From positions 3,735 to 67,734 of the forward strand of contig DASZLQ010000006.1 of assembly GCA_035552295.1 (NCBI GenBank): DNA of 64,000 nucleotides, written 5' to 3'. Origin of the DNA: Mycobacterium sp. Its GTDB lineage: Bacteria > Actinomycetota > Actinomycetes > Mycobacteriales > Mycobacteriaceae. Positions 19,041 through 28,752 of this stretch are shown here, one piece after another; the stretch's first letter is position 1, and each line of letters starts with the position of its first letter. Position numbers and translations under genes: made by a program. A model generated the notes under the pieces. It was not told the DNA's origin. It did not search any database and saw nothing but the letters and a program-made list of their open reading frames with translations.

Positions 19041-19553
19041 TCATGTCTGCTCGCCGACGGCCGCGTCGGCTTGCGTCGGTGCAATCGGCTCGAGCACCAT
19101 GATCGGGATGTCGCCGGCCGCCTGCCAGCCGTCGGTATTCGGGAAGTGCGGCCAGAACCGCTCGGCGACCAACCAGTAGTACTGCTTCTCTTCCCCGCTG
19201 ACCTCACGTGCCTGAAATTCCCGAACAGTCGCACCGTCCTGAAGTCGAACCGTGGGGTGGGCAACGAGATTGGCGTACCAGGACGGGTTGGTGGGTGACC
19301 CGCCTGCTGATGCCACCGCGACGTACCGGTCACGGTCGACGATCCGCATCACCGGGTTCTTGCGAACCTTGCCCGATGTCGCACCTACCGACGTCAGGAT
19401 CACCACGGGGCGGCCTTCCAGCGTTGCGCCCTCGACGCCGCCGCTGGCTTCATAGTCGGCCACCTGCGTGCGGGCCCTTTCCGACGGGCTGGGTACGTAC
19501 TGCCCATCAAGGCCGCTTCCGGGATCGCTGTTGGCTTTCAGAGTCATCTCCAA
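19041..19553 (-). CDS. Deazaflavin (F420)-dependent nitroreductase family (Ddn-like) protein with locally scrambled C-terminal segment
   Basis: GATSGKVRKNP, VASAGG...NPSWYANL, IPIMVLEP. Confidence 0.85.
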   Translation of the reverse strand: MEMTLKANSDPGSGLDGQYVPSPSERARTQVADYEASGGVEGATLEGRPVVILTSVGATSGKVRKNPVMRIVDRDRYVAVASAGGSPTNPSWYANLVAHPTVRLQDGATVREFQAREVSGEEKQYYWLVAERFWPHFPNTDGWQAAGDIPIMVLEPIAPTQADAAVGEQT

Positions 19554-19579
19554 GCCTTCCGTGGTGTCGTCGGTGGCTG

Positions 19580-20329
19580 TTAGACCTGGGCAAAGCCACC
19601 GTCGACGCTCAGCTCGGCGCCGGCCACGAAGCTGCTGTCATCAGAGGCCAAGAACAATGCGGCTGCCGCGATCTCTTCCGGGCGGCCCATCCGATTCAGT
19701 GGTATCGCCGCGGCGAACGTCGCCCGGATCTGGTCGGCTTCCTCCGGCGAGCTCGCCTGGCCGTCCATGATGGGGGTGTCGATCGGGCCCGGGCTCAATG
19801 TGTTGAACCGGATACCCCGGTCGTTGAACTCCCGGGTCCACGTCCGCACATAGGAGCGCAGTGCGGCCTTGGTGGCGCTGTAGGTGCTGTAACCAGGGAT
19901 GCCGCGGTAACCCGCAACCGAGCCGACCAGAACGACGGAGCCGCCCTCACGCATCAATGGCAGTGCCTTCTGCACCGTGAACAGGGCTCCCCGGGCGTTG
20001 AGGCCGAAGGTGAGGTCGAAGTTCTCCTCGGTGACCTTGCCCAGCTCCTCAGGCTCCACCCGGCCCGAGTTCACCAGCAGGATGTCCAGCGCACCCTTCT
20101 CCTCGAGGACCGTCGCGAACAGCCGGTCCAGGTCTGCACTTTTGGTGCTATCGACGGCGACCGTGGTCACGCCGTCGCCGATCAACGCCTTGGCCTTGTC
20201 CAACTCGCTTTGGCGACGCCCGGTGATGAAGACATAAGCGCCTTCTTCAACGAATCTCTGCGCGCTCGCCAGTCCGATACCGCTGCTGCCGCCGGTGATC
20301 ACGGCGACCTTGCCATCAAGTCGTGTCAT
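19580..20329 (-). CDS. Classical short-chain dehydrogenase/reductase
   Basis: TGGSSGIG, YSATK, LSPGPIDTP, VDGGFAQV. Confidence 0.92.
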   Translation of the reverse strand: MTRLDGKVAVITGGSSGIGLASAQRFVEEGAYVFITGRRQSELDKAKALIGDGVTTVAVDSTKSADLDRLFATVLEEKGALDILLVNSGRVEPEELGKVTEENFDLTFGLNARGALFTVQKALPLMREGGSVVLVGSVAGYRGIPGYSTYSATKAALRSYVRTWTREFNDRGIRFNTLSPGPIDTPIMDGQASSPEEADQIRATFAAAIPLNRMGRPEEIAAAALFLASDDSSFVAGAELSVDGGFAQV

Positions 20330-20463
20330 CAGTTCATCCTCAATTCGTTGGTTGTGTGGTGGATGTGCTTATGCGGCGTCCGTTCTGTGCAACAACGCTG
20401 TCGTTGCGCGGGAATCGTTGGATACCAGGGCATTCCGCCCGCATCGTGGGCGGCGTCATCGGG

Positions 20464-20871
20464 TCAGGCCCGCGCCGGGAAGACGGGACCGAACATGGGC
20501 AGTCCGCTGATGGACTCATCGCGGGTCGCTTCGTCTTGGATGACATCCCAGTGCTCCGCGAGAACACCGTTTTCGATCCGGACGACGTCGGCCACAATCC
20601 AATCGGCGGGCTGCCCGACATTGCTGAACCGGCCGTGCAACATCACGTAGTCACCGCCCGCGACGACCAGCCCGCTCTCGTAGCGCATGTCAGGCGGCGA
20701 AGCCTTCACGAGCTCGAACAAGCCCTCACGACCCGGCGCGATGTGGGCGCTGTGCTGGATGTAGTCGGGCGACCAAAACTTCTGTGCGGCCACGTACTCA
20801 CGCCGGTTGAACAACGTGTCGAACGCCTCCAGGACGAATGCCCGGTTCCGATCCTCTGCTGCTGTCGCCAT
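20464..20871 (-). CDS. SnoaL/NTF2-like protein
   Basis: YIQHS, EHWDVIQ motifs; AAAGGAGG RBS. Confidence 0.88.
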   Translation of the reverse strand: MATAAEDRNRAFVLEAFDTLFNRREYVAAQKFWSPDYIQHSAHIAPGREGLFELVKASPPDMRYESGLVVAGGDYVMLHGRFSNVGQPADWIVADVVRIENGVLAEHWDVIQDEATRDESISGLPMFGPVFPARA

Positions 20872-20890
20872 GATGCGCCTCCTTTCGAGG

Positions 20891-20910
20891 TTTGAACAGA
20901 TCGGTACAAA
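20891..20910. promoter_or_regulatory. Candidate TetR operator TTTGAACAGATCGGTACAAA
   Basis: Imperfect palindrome centred on GATC, upstream of the SnoaL RBS. Confidence 0.6.
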
Positions 20911-21004
20911 CAATAATTCCCACTACTGGTCTGAGTCAACGTGTGACGTACGGCGGTGTGCAGAAAGCCCAGGACAAGGGGCTCGGCGGGAATCTATGGC
21001 AGCA

Positions 21005-21030
21005 CTTATCAGACAGCTCTGTCTGATAAG
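21005..21030. promoter_or_regulatory. TetR operator CTTATCAGACAG-CT-CTGTCTGATAAG overlapping -10 TAAGCT
   Basis: Perfect 12-bp inverted repeat 8 nt before the TetR ATG. Confidence 0.8.
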
Positions 21031-21038
21031 CTGATGCC

Positions 21039-21629
21039 ATGGCGACGAAGACAGCAGAACGGCCGTCGGCGCGCGAGCGACTGCTCGCCGCGGCGGATGA
21101 GCTGTTCTACCGCAACGGCGTGCATTCCACCGGAATCGACGCCGTCATCGAGAAGGCGGGAGTCGCAAAAGGCTCCCTGTACTACATTTTCGGCGGGAAG
21201 GACGAGCTGGTCGCCGCCTACCTCCGTCGGCGCCACGAAGCATTCCGGCAGCGGGTCGAGGAGGCCCAGGCCGGTATCGACGATCCGGCCGACAAGATCC
21301 TGGCACTCTTCGATGCGCTCGCTGACTACGTATCGCGTCCGGAGTACCGGGGCTGCCCCTTCGACAGCGCGGCAGCCGAGGCGCCGACGGGGCAGTGCCA
21401 GGTGCTGGCGATCACGGAGTACCGCGACTGGTTGCATCAGTCCGTACTCCAACTCGCCGCAGACACCGGAGTGCGCGACTCCCAGGCGCTGGCCGAAGCT
21501 CTCATCGTCCTGTACAACGGGGCGCTGGCGACCGCGAACACGGGACCGCCCTCGCCCGCCGCGGCGATGACGGCCAAACGCCTTGCGCGGCTCACCCTGG
21601 CAGCGGCGAAAGCCTCCAGCTCAGCTTGA
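21039..21629 (+). CDS. TetR-family regulator
   Basis: [29 protein letters not shown]; RGCPF motif. Confidence 0.92.
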   Translation: MATKTAERPSARERLLAAADELFYRNGVHSTGIDAVIEKAGVAKGSLYYIFGGKDELVAAYLRRRHEAFRQRVEEAQAGIDDPADKILALFDALADYVSRPEYRGCPFDSAAAEAPTGQCQVLAITEYRDWLHQSVLQLAADTGVRDSQALAEALIVLYNGALATANTGPPSPAAAMTAKRLARLTLAAAKASSSA

Positions 21630-21747
21630 TTCCCGCAACCAGTTGGGCGAGGGGCGGTGCAGATTAAAAGGCTCCCGCGACATGCCGAAGTCTTGTCAAC
21701 GTAGCCGGGCGCTTCCTGTCAATCCTCGCGGCAACTCGACAGCCGCC

Positions 21748-23445
21748 TCACGGACGCATCGCGTAAGCGCCGCTGATCGGTAGGACGTGTTCCTTCCAGA
21801 TCTGGTCGGAACGCGCACGGTCGCTGGCCGGACGCCGGATCATCCGCATCGCGAAGCGCGCCTGTTGGTCGGTCGTCGAGGGCTTGTCGTTCAGCTCGAC
21901 CGCATAGCTGTTGAAGTCCCTGACCAATAGGGCAAAGATCTCGTCGAGCAACGCCTCATCCACACCCGACAGCAGTGCCTCCTCGAGAATGAGCTGCGCG
22001 TAGGGCACCGTCGCGAACAGCTGGCCAACCGCGAAGGCGAAGTCAATGTCCTTCTGCTGGGCCACATCTGGGGTAGCGCTGGCCAGCATTTCGGCGAGCA
22101 TCTCGATCTGCTCGCGCAGCAAGGCCACGTTGGGCAGGTGGGCGAAGGCCCCGAACGGCGGGCGCCAATCGTGGAAGCGCACCTTGCCCAGTCCGCCAGT
22201 GGGTCCCTGGGCGAACAGGAACGAGTCGTCGGCCGCATCGTCGCGCCGGTCGATGATGGGCAATTCGCTAGTCGGGGCGAACAGGAAATTGGGCATGAAC
22301 TTGCCGAGCAGCCCGATGTTGATGTGAACGGTGCCTTCCAGCCGGGGCAGCAGGCCGATCTCGCGGGTCATGGCCTCGAAGATGGTGTCCTTCTCGACGC
22401 CTTTGGCGGCGATGACGTCCCACAGCGCGATGATGACTCGCTCGCCTTCGCTGGTGATCTTCGCCTTGGTGAGCGGGCTGTACAGCAGGTAGCGACGGTC
22501 CTCGGCGGAGGCGCTGCGCATGTAGTCAGACGCGCGGGTGGCGACCAGCTTCATCGCGATCAGGCGCACGTAGGCGTCGGTGAGCAGCCGCCGTACGTGG
22601 CCGAAGTCGGTGACGACGGTTCCGTACAGATAACGGTTGGCCGCGTGGGTGACCGCCTCGTACATGGCGTGGGTGCACATACCGATGGAACCCCAGCCCA
22701 GGTTGTACTTGCAGACGTTGACCGTGTTCAGCGCGGCGTGGAAGGCATCGGGTCCGCGGTGCAAGATGTCGGCGTCGGTGACCGGATAGTCGCGCAGCGC
22801 GTAGTTGGCGACGTAGTTCTGCGAGTTCACCACATTCTTGATCAGGTCGTACCGGTCGTGCTGGGAGTCGGCGGCGAAGAACACGTACTCGTCGGTGCCG
22901 CCGATCTTGCCGAAGGTCGAGACCATCCGGGCGACATTGGCGTTGCCGATGTAATACTTCTCGCCGTTGGCGATCCAGCCCCCGTCGGTCGGCTGCAAAA
23001 TCATGTCGGTCTGGTAGACGTCGGCGCCGTGGGTCTGCTCGGACAAGCCGAACGCGAACACCTCACCGGCCTCCAGCTGAGCGGCGGCCTTGCGCTTGGC
23101 GTCCTCGTTCTCGCTCATCCAGATCGGACCCAGGCCCAGGGCGGTGACCTGGAAGGGGTACCAGTAACTCAGCCCGTAGAAGCCCAAGATCTCCGCGAAC
23201 TCGCTGATCCGATAGGTGTCCCAGCGGCAGTCCTGCGCGCCGTACTCGGCCGGCGTCAGCAGCGAGGCGAAGATGCGCTCCCGTCCGATGTGGTCCAGAA
23301 AGTCGGAGTACCACGTGCGCTCGTGGTCGTCGTGCTTGAGCCGGGCCTTTCCGCGCGACTCGAAAAAGTCGACGGTCGCCGCCATGATCTCCCCGGAGCG
23401 ACGGTCCGGGTAGCGGCGTTGCAGGTGGTTGGGATTGAGCAACAT
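21748..23445 (-). CDS. fadE4: Acyl-CoA dehydrogenase FadE4
   Basis: FGLSEQTHGAD, GEKYYIGN, LEGT; synteny with Rv0231. Confidence 0.88.
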   Translation of the reverse strand: MLLNPNHLQRRYPDRRSGEIMAATVDFFESRGKARLKHDDHERTWYSDFLDHIGRERIFASLLTPAEYGAQDCRWDTYRISEFAEILGFYGLSYWYPFQVTALGLGPIWMSENEDAKRKAAAQLEAGEVFAFGLSEQTHGADVYQTDMILQPTDGGWIANGEKYYIGNANVARMVSTFGKIGGTDEYVFFAADSQHDRYDLIKNVVNSQNYVANYALRDYPVTDADILHRGPDAFHAALNTVNVCKYNLGWGSIGMCTHAMYEAVTHAANRYLYGTVVTDFGHVRRLLTDAYVRLIAMKLVATRASDYMRSASAEDRRYLLYSPLTKAKITSEGERVIIALWDVIAAKGVEKDTIFEAMTREIGLLPRLEGTVHINIGLLGKFMPNFLFAPTSELPIIDRRDDAADDSFLFAQGPTGGLGKVRFHDWRPPFGAFAHLPNVALLREQIEMLAEMLASATPDVAQQKDIDFAFAVGQLFATVPYAQLILEEALLSGVDEALLDEIFALLVRDFNSYAVELNDKPSTTDQQARFAMRMIRRPASDRARSDQIWKEHVLPISGAYAMRP

Positions 23446-23570
23446 GGCGGCAGCTCCCGGGGGGTTCGGACGAAGACGAGGGTGACGGTACTGCAATAGC
23501 GCAGCCGTCGGGGCGCAGCGGATAAATCGGCACTGTTGGTCTAGCGCCGCCCCGGCCTAGCATCAGCGAC

Positions 23571-24548
23571 GTGTCAGAACTAAATACCGCCCGCGGACCC
23601 ATCGATATCGCCGATCTCGGCGTCACGCTCATGCACGAGCACGTGTTCATCATGACCACAGAGATCGCCGAGAACTATCCCGAAGCCTGGGGCGACGAGG
23701 AAAAGCGAGTGGCCGACGCCATTGCCCGGCTCAACGAGCTGAAGGCCCGCGGGGTGGACACCATCGTCGACCTCACCGTCATCGGGCTGGGCCGCTACAT
23801 CCCGCGCATCGCCCGCGTCGCGGCGGCGACCGAGCTGAATATCGTTGTCGCGACAGGGCTTTACACGTACAACGACGTGCCGTTTTATTTCCACTACCTC
23901 GGCCCGGGCGGGGAGCTGGGCGGCCCGGAGATCATGACCGACATGTTCGTCCGCGACATCGAGCAGGGCATTGCCGACACCGGCATCAAGGCCGGGATCC
24001 TCAAATGCGCCACCGACCAACCCGGCGTCACGCCGGGTGTGGAGCGGGTGCTGCGGGCGGTCGCCCAGGCACACAAGCGCACCGGCGTGCCGATCTCCAC
24101 GCACACCCATGCCGGGCTGCGGCGCGGGCTCGAGCAACAACGCATCTTCGAAGAAGAGGGCGTCGACCTGAGCCGGGTGATCATCGGCCATTCCGGCGAC
24201 AGCACCGATATCGGCTACCTCGAAGAACTGATCGCCCCCGGTTCGTATCTCGGGATGGACCGGTTCGGCATCGACGCGATCTCATCGTTCGAGGACCGAG
24301 TGAACATCGTGGCGCAGATGTGCGAGCGCGGGCACGCCGACAAGATGGTGCTTTCGCACGACGCCAACTGCTACTTCGACGCCCTTCCCGAGGAGCTGGT
24401 GCCACAGGTCATGCCCAATTGGCATTACCTGCACATCCACAACGACGTCATCCCGGCGCTCAAGGAGCGCGGCGTCACCGACGAGCAGGTGCACACCATG
24501 CTGGTCGACAACCCGCGACGCATCTTTGAGCGACAGGGCGCTTACTAA
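23571..24548 (+). CDS. php: Phosphotriesterase-like lactonase Php
   Basis: TLMHEH, ILKCA, STHTH, IGHSGD, LSHD metal ligands. Confidence 0.92.
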   Translation: MSELNTARGPIDIADLGVTLMHEHVFIMTTEIAENYPEAWGDEEKRVADAIARLNELKARGVDTIVDLTVIGLGRYIPRIARVAAATELNIVVATGLYTYNDVPFYFHYLGPGGELGGPEIMTDMFVRDIEQGIADTGIKAGILKCATDQPGVTPGVERVLRAVAQAHKRTGVPISTHTHAGLRRGLEQQRIFEEEGVDLSRVIIGHSGDSTDIGYLEELIAPGSYLGMDRFGIDAISSFEDRVNIVAQMCERGHADKMVLSHDANCYFDALPEELVPQVMPNWHYLHIHNDVIPALKERGVTDEQVHTMLVDNPRRIFERQGAY

Positions 24549-26057
24549 ATGACCCAGGGCGAGCCGGTCCCCCCGATCGGTACCCAGATATCGGCGCTGG
24601 CCGAACTCGCTCCCGACGAGCCCGCGGTCACCTGCGACGGGGTGACCATTTCCCGCGCCGAACTCGACCGGTCGACGAACCGGTTGGCCCGGGCCTACGC
24701 CGAGCGGGGCGTGGGGGTCAGCGACTACGTGACGATGGTGCTGCCCAACTCCATCGAGTGGATTCAGGCAGCGGTGGCGTGCTGGAAGCTGGGCGCGGTC
24801 CCCCAGCCGCTGTCCGCGCGGCTGCCGGCCGCGGAGTTGCAGGGCCTGCTGGACTTGCGCCCGCCCGGCTTGCTGGTCGGCCGCAGGCAGCCCGAAATAC
24901 CTAGTGTGCCAGCCGGTTTCACTCCCGACCCAGCCTTGTCTGACGCGGCGTTACCGGAAGCGGTTTCGCCGGTGTGGAAGGCGATGGGGTCGGGCGGCAG
25001 CACCGGTCGGCCCAAGCTCATCGAATCCGGCGGCCCCTACTTTGGAAGCCGAATTCCGGCCGCCATCGGCTATCCCCTCGGCACGCAGGAGGGTGACACC
25101 ACCCTGCTGCCGGTGCCGCTGTCCCACAACACCGGCTTCACCACCGCGACGATCGCCTTGCTGATGCGCCACCATCTGGTGCTGATGAGCCGGTTCGAGC
25201 CGCAGCAGTTCCTCCGGCTGATCACCGACCACCGGGTCACCTTCCTGACCACGGTGCCGACGATCATGCAGCGGGCGCTGCCCGTCTACCATGCCGATCC
25301 CGGCTCCTACGACCTTTCGTCGATCCGCCGGTTCTGGCACTTGGGGGCGCCATGCCCGCCCGCCATCAAGCAGGCCTGGATCGACCTCCTGGGACCCGAA
25401 GTCGTGTGGGAACTCTACGGCGGCACCGAATTACAGGCGCTCACCTTTATCTCCGGTGACCAGTGGCTGACCCACCGCGGGTCGGTCGGCGTGGTGGTCG
25501 CCGGTGAGATGAAGGCGCTTGACGACGACGGCAACCCCTGTCCGCCCGGCGTCGTCGGCGAGATCTACATGCGGCCCGCCCCGGGCAGCGCGCCGACCTA
25601 TCGGTACGTCGGCGCGACGGCGAACAGCCGAGACGGCTGGGACTCCCTGGGCGACCTCGGTTATTTCGACGGCGATGGGTTCCTGTATCTGTCGGACCGC
25701 CGGGTGGATATGTTCACCGTCGGCGGCCGGAACGTGTATCCCGCCGAGATCGAGAACGCCCTGTCTGCGCACCCGGAAGTGATGTCGTGTCTGGTCGTCG
25801 GAATCCCCGACCCCAACTCTGGTGATCTCGGCCAGGTGCCGTACGCATTGGTGCATATCGCCGACGGATCCGCGCTGGACGCCGCGGCGGTGCAGGAGTT
25901 CCTCCGCGAACGCATTGCGTCATACAAGGTGCCGGTCACCGTCGAATTGGTCAGCACTCCCCTGCGCGACGACGCCGGCAAGGCGCGACGGTCGGCTGTA
26001 CGCGCCGAGATCATGGCGCGCTTGCAGCGTGCGGACGGGCGCCAATACGCTACGTAA
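24549..26057 (+). CDS. AMP-dependent acyl-CoA synthetase (BaiB-like)
   Basis: SGGSTGRPK, YGGTE, SLGDLG, C-terminal GK; starts immediately after the php stop. Confidence 0.9.
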   Translation: MTQGEPVPPIGTQISALAELAPDEPAVTCDGVTISRAELDRSTNRLARAYAERGVGVSDYVTMVLPNSIEWIQAAVACWKLGAVPQPLSARLPAAELQGLLDLRPPGLLVGRRQPEIPSVPAGFTPDPALSDAALPEAVSPVWKAMGSGGSTGRPKLIESGGPYFGSRIPAAIGYPLGTQEGDTTLLPVPLSHNTGFTTATIALLMRHHLVLMSRFEPQQFLRLITDHRVTFLTTVPTIMQRALPVYHADPGSYDLSSIRRFWHLGAPCPPAIKQAWIDLLGPEVVWELYGGTELQALTFISGDQWLTHRGSVGVVVAGEMKALDDDGNPCPPGVVGEIYMRPAPGSAPTYRYVGATANSRDGWDSLGDLGYFDGDGFLYLSDRRVDMFTVGGRNVYPAEIENALSAHPEVMSCLVVGIPDPNSGDLGQVPYALVHIADGSALDAAAVQEFLRERIASYKVPVTVELVSTPLRDDAGKARRSAVRAEIMARLQRADGRQYAT

Positions 26058-26077
26058 CCGCTGACACCGCGCCGAGG

Positions 26078-27247
26078 TCACGGCGCGATCGCGTCCGCCT
26101 CGGCATCTACCTGACGTGCTTCGACCGGCTTCTGGCGTTTTTCCCAGCGCCGCAACGCTTCCCGGCAGGGCGACTCGACCAGGGCGTAGCTGACGGCGGC
26201 GATCGCGAAGCCGAAGATCAGCGTCAACACCAAGACCATGGGCATCCGGCCGGTGAACGGGAACGTCCCGATCACCGGGAACACCATGGCCAATGCGGCC
26301 AGATGCCATATGAAAAGTCCGTAGGACCACCGACCCAGAGTGACCATGCCGGTAGTGCCCAGCACCCGGTGTGGCGTATCGAGCCGGTCCAGCACCAGCG
26401 GCGCGACCAGTGCGAACGCCACCACGGAGCCCATCGCCGTCTTCACCGCGAACTGTGTGGCGGTGCCCGGAATCAGCCCTTCCGGACCGGCCAGCGGCGA
26501 GGCCGCCACCAGATAGGCCAGCACGGCGACGACGGCCATCAGCACGCGGCGGCGCGCCAACCGATGCGGTAACCCGATCCCGCTGTAGGTCCATTCCGCC
26601 AGCAACATGCCCGCGGCGAACCAGGAGAAAAACGCCGGCGGCCAGTTCAGCGGATTGATCCCGGAACCGGCATGCGCCAACGGCACCCAACCCCAGGCCC
26701 AGCTGAGCGCCCCGAGCGCGGCGATCACCGGCACCCGGGCGCGGACCGGGATACGGCGGGCCAGCAACGCGAGAATCGGCAATGCCAGGTAGAAGCTGAC
26801 CTCGACGGACAGGCTCCACATCTGGGTCAGGCCGCCGGTCAGGGTGAGCGGCACATAGATCTGGGTGAGCGTGAGGTTCGCCAGCCACACCGTCGGGCTG
26901 GCGTGATCGGAGTCGGGCAGCAGGGACAGGATCACGACGACCGCGACGAGATAGGCCGGCATGATGCGGACCACCCGCGACCGCAGGTAGTGGCCCGTGC
27001 GCGGACGCGATCCCAGATCCCTTGCCGCTGCCGCATGTCCACGCCACAACAGGAATCCCGACAAGGCGAAGAACACCGCCACGGCCAGATCGAAGCGGCC
27101 GAACAGCCTGCCGGTGACACCGCTCGAGTGTCCGGTCTGGAAGGCGACGTGCGTAACGACCACGCCCATAGCCGCGCACGCGCGCATCCCCTCCACGGCG
27201 GGCAGGAAGCTGCGGACGCCTCCCACCTGTTTGCCGTCGCTCACCAT
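26078..27247 (-). CDS. tmaT: Acyltransferase-3 family membrane acetyltransferase TmaT (Rv0228-like)
   Basis: EGMRA, FFALSGFLL, WSLSVEVSFY, SYGLFIWH; synteny. Confidence 0.85.
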   Translation of the reverse strand: MVSDGKQVGGVRSFLPAVEGMRACAAMGVVVTHVAFQTGHSSGVTGRLFGRFDLAVAVFFALSGFLLWRGHAAAARDLGSRPRTGHYLRSRVVRIMPAYLVAVVVILSLLPDSDHASPTVWLANLTLTQIYVPLTLTGGLTQMWSLSVEVSFYLALPILALLARRIPVRARVPVIAALGALSWAWGWVPLAHAGSGINPLNWPPAFFSWFAAGMLLAEWTYSGIGLPHRLARRRVLMAVVAVLAYLVAASPLAGPEGLIPGTATQFAVKTAMGSVVAFALVAPLVLDRLDTPHRVLGTTGMVTLGRWSYGLFIWHLAALAMVFPVIGTFPFTGRMPMVLVLTLIFGFAIAAVSYALVESPCREALRRWEKRQKPVEARQVDAEADAIAP

Positions 27248-27444
27248 CACAGTCTGCCTGTTGTGTTGCCGAACGAATCGGGTACGCCCGGATGACCCGG
27301 GCAAAGTGGCGCTAGGTTCGTAAACCGAGACCTTAAACACTGCTGTTAGGGTCGAACGGGTTTGCCGCTGCTTGGTCGGGTCGGGGCGGGACGCGGCCGA
27401 CGAGTCTGAAGAACTTTTGAGGACCACTAGGAGGACACAGCAAC

Positions 27445-28743
27445 GTGAACCGAGCAGTCATGTTGCGGTTCGCCGCATGCGGGATCATCGGACTCGGAGC
27501 CGCCTTGCTGATCGCCGCGCTGCTGTTGTCGACATACACCAGCAGCAGGATCGCCAAGATCCCGCTCAACATCGACACCACGTTGATCAGCGACGGCAAC
27601 GGCACCGCAGTCGACTCGGCGTCCTTGTCCGGTGATCATCTGGTGGTCAACCAGAACGTGCCGCTGGTGTCCCAGCAGCAGGTCAGCGTCGAGTCGCCGG
27701 CCAACGCCGACGTGGTCACGCTGCAGGTCGGCACCTCGGTCCGGCGCACCGACAAGCAAAAGGACAGCGGACTGGTGCTGGCGATCGTCGACACCATCAC
27801 CCTCAACCGCAAGACGGCGATGGCCGTCTCCGATGACACCCACACCGGCGGCTCGGTGCAGAAGCCGCGCGCCTACAGTGACGAGAACCCACCCACCGCG
27901 ATCCCGCTGCGACACGACGGGCTGTCGTACCGATTCCCGTTCCACACCGAGAAGAAGACCTACCCCTACTTCGACCCGATCGCGCAGAAGCCGTTCGACG
28001 TCAACTACGACAGCCAAGAAGACGTCAACGGCTTGACCACCTACCGCTTCACGCAGAACATCGGCTACAACCCCGACGGCAAGCTGGTGGCTCCGGTGAA
28101 GTACCCCTCGCTGTACGCCGGCGATGAGGACGGCAAGGTCACCACGTCCGCGGCGATGTGGGGCGTGCAGGGCGGCGATCCGGCCGAGCAGATCACCATG
28201 ACGCGCTACTACGCGGCGCAGCGGACCTTCTGGGTGGACCCGGTGTCGGGCACCATCGTGAAGCAAACCGAGCACGCCAACCACTACTTCGCGCGTGATC
28301 CGCTGAAGCCAGAGGTGACGCTGGCCGATTACCGCGTCACGTCGAACGAAGACACCGTCGAATCCCAGGTCAACGCGGCCCACGACGAGCGCGACCGGCT
28401 GGCACTGTGGTCGCGGGTGCTGCCGATTACGTTTACTGCGGTCGGCTTGATCTCGCTGATCGCCGGCGGATTGATCGCCTCGTTCAGCCTGCGGACCGAA
28501 AGCGCGCTCACCGACCCCGGCCTGGACCGCGCCGATCAGGATTTCTTCGGCCGCAGCGGGCTGGAAGAACCGGTGCCCGGTGCCGAAGCCGAGACCGAGA
28601 AGCTGCCCACGCAGCGCCCCGCCCCGCACCCGGATGCGACCGAACCGGGATCGGACCCGCCAACCGTGGCATCCGAAGAGCCACCCGAATCCGGACCACC
28701 GGAACCCCCGGGCTCGTCCGCCGGCCCGCCCGAACGGGCCTAG
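27445..28743 (+). CDS. lmcA: DUF3068 membrane protein LmcA (Rv0227c-like)
   Basis: N- and C-terminal TM helices, YRFPFHTEKKTYPYFD, WVDPVSG, Pro/Glu-rich tail; synteny. Confidence 0.8.
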   Translation: MNRAVMLRFAACGIIGLGAALLIAALLLSTYTSSRIAKIPLNIDTTLISDGNGTAVDSASLSGDHLVVNQNVPLVSQQQVSVESPANADVVTLQVGTSVRRTDKQKDSGLVLAIVDTITLNRKTAMAVSDDTHTGGSVQKPRAYSDENPPTAIPLRHDGLSYRFPFHTEKKTYPYFDPIAQKPFDVNYDSQEDVNGLTTYRFTQNIGYNPDGKLVAPVKYPSLYAGDEDGKVTTSAAMWGVQGGDPAEQITMTRYYAAQRTFWVDPVSGTIVKQTEHANHYFARDPLKPEVTLADYRVTSNEDTVESQVNAAHDERDRLALWSRVLPITFTAVGLISLIAGGLIASFSLRTESALTDPGLDRADQDFFGRSGLEEPVPGAEAETEKLPTQRPAPHPDATEPGSDPPTVASEEPPESGPPEPPGSSAGPPERA

Positions 28744-28752
28744 CTTCCCGAC

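Noticed and set aside
15570-21747. att sites or terminal repeats bounding the oxidoreductase island
   Set aside because: No convincing direct or inverted repeats found by eye, and no integrase, transposase or tRNA
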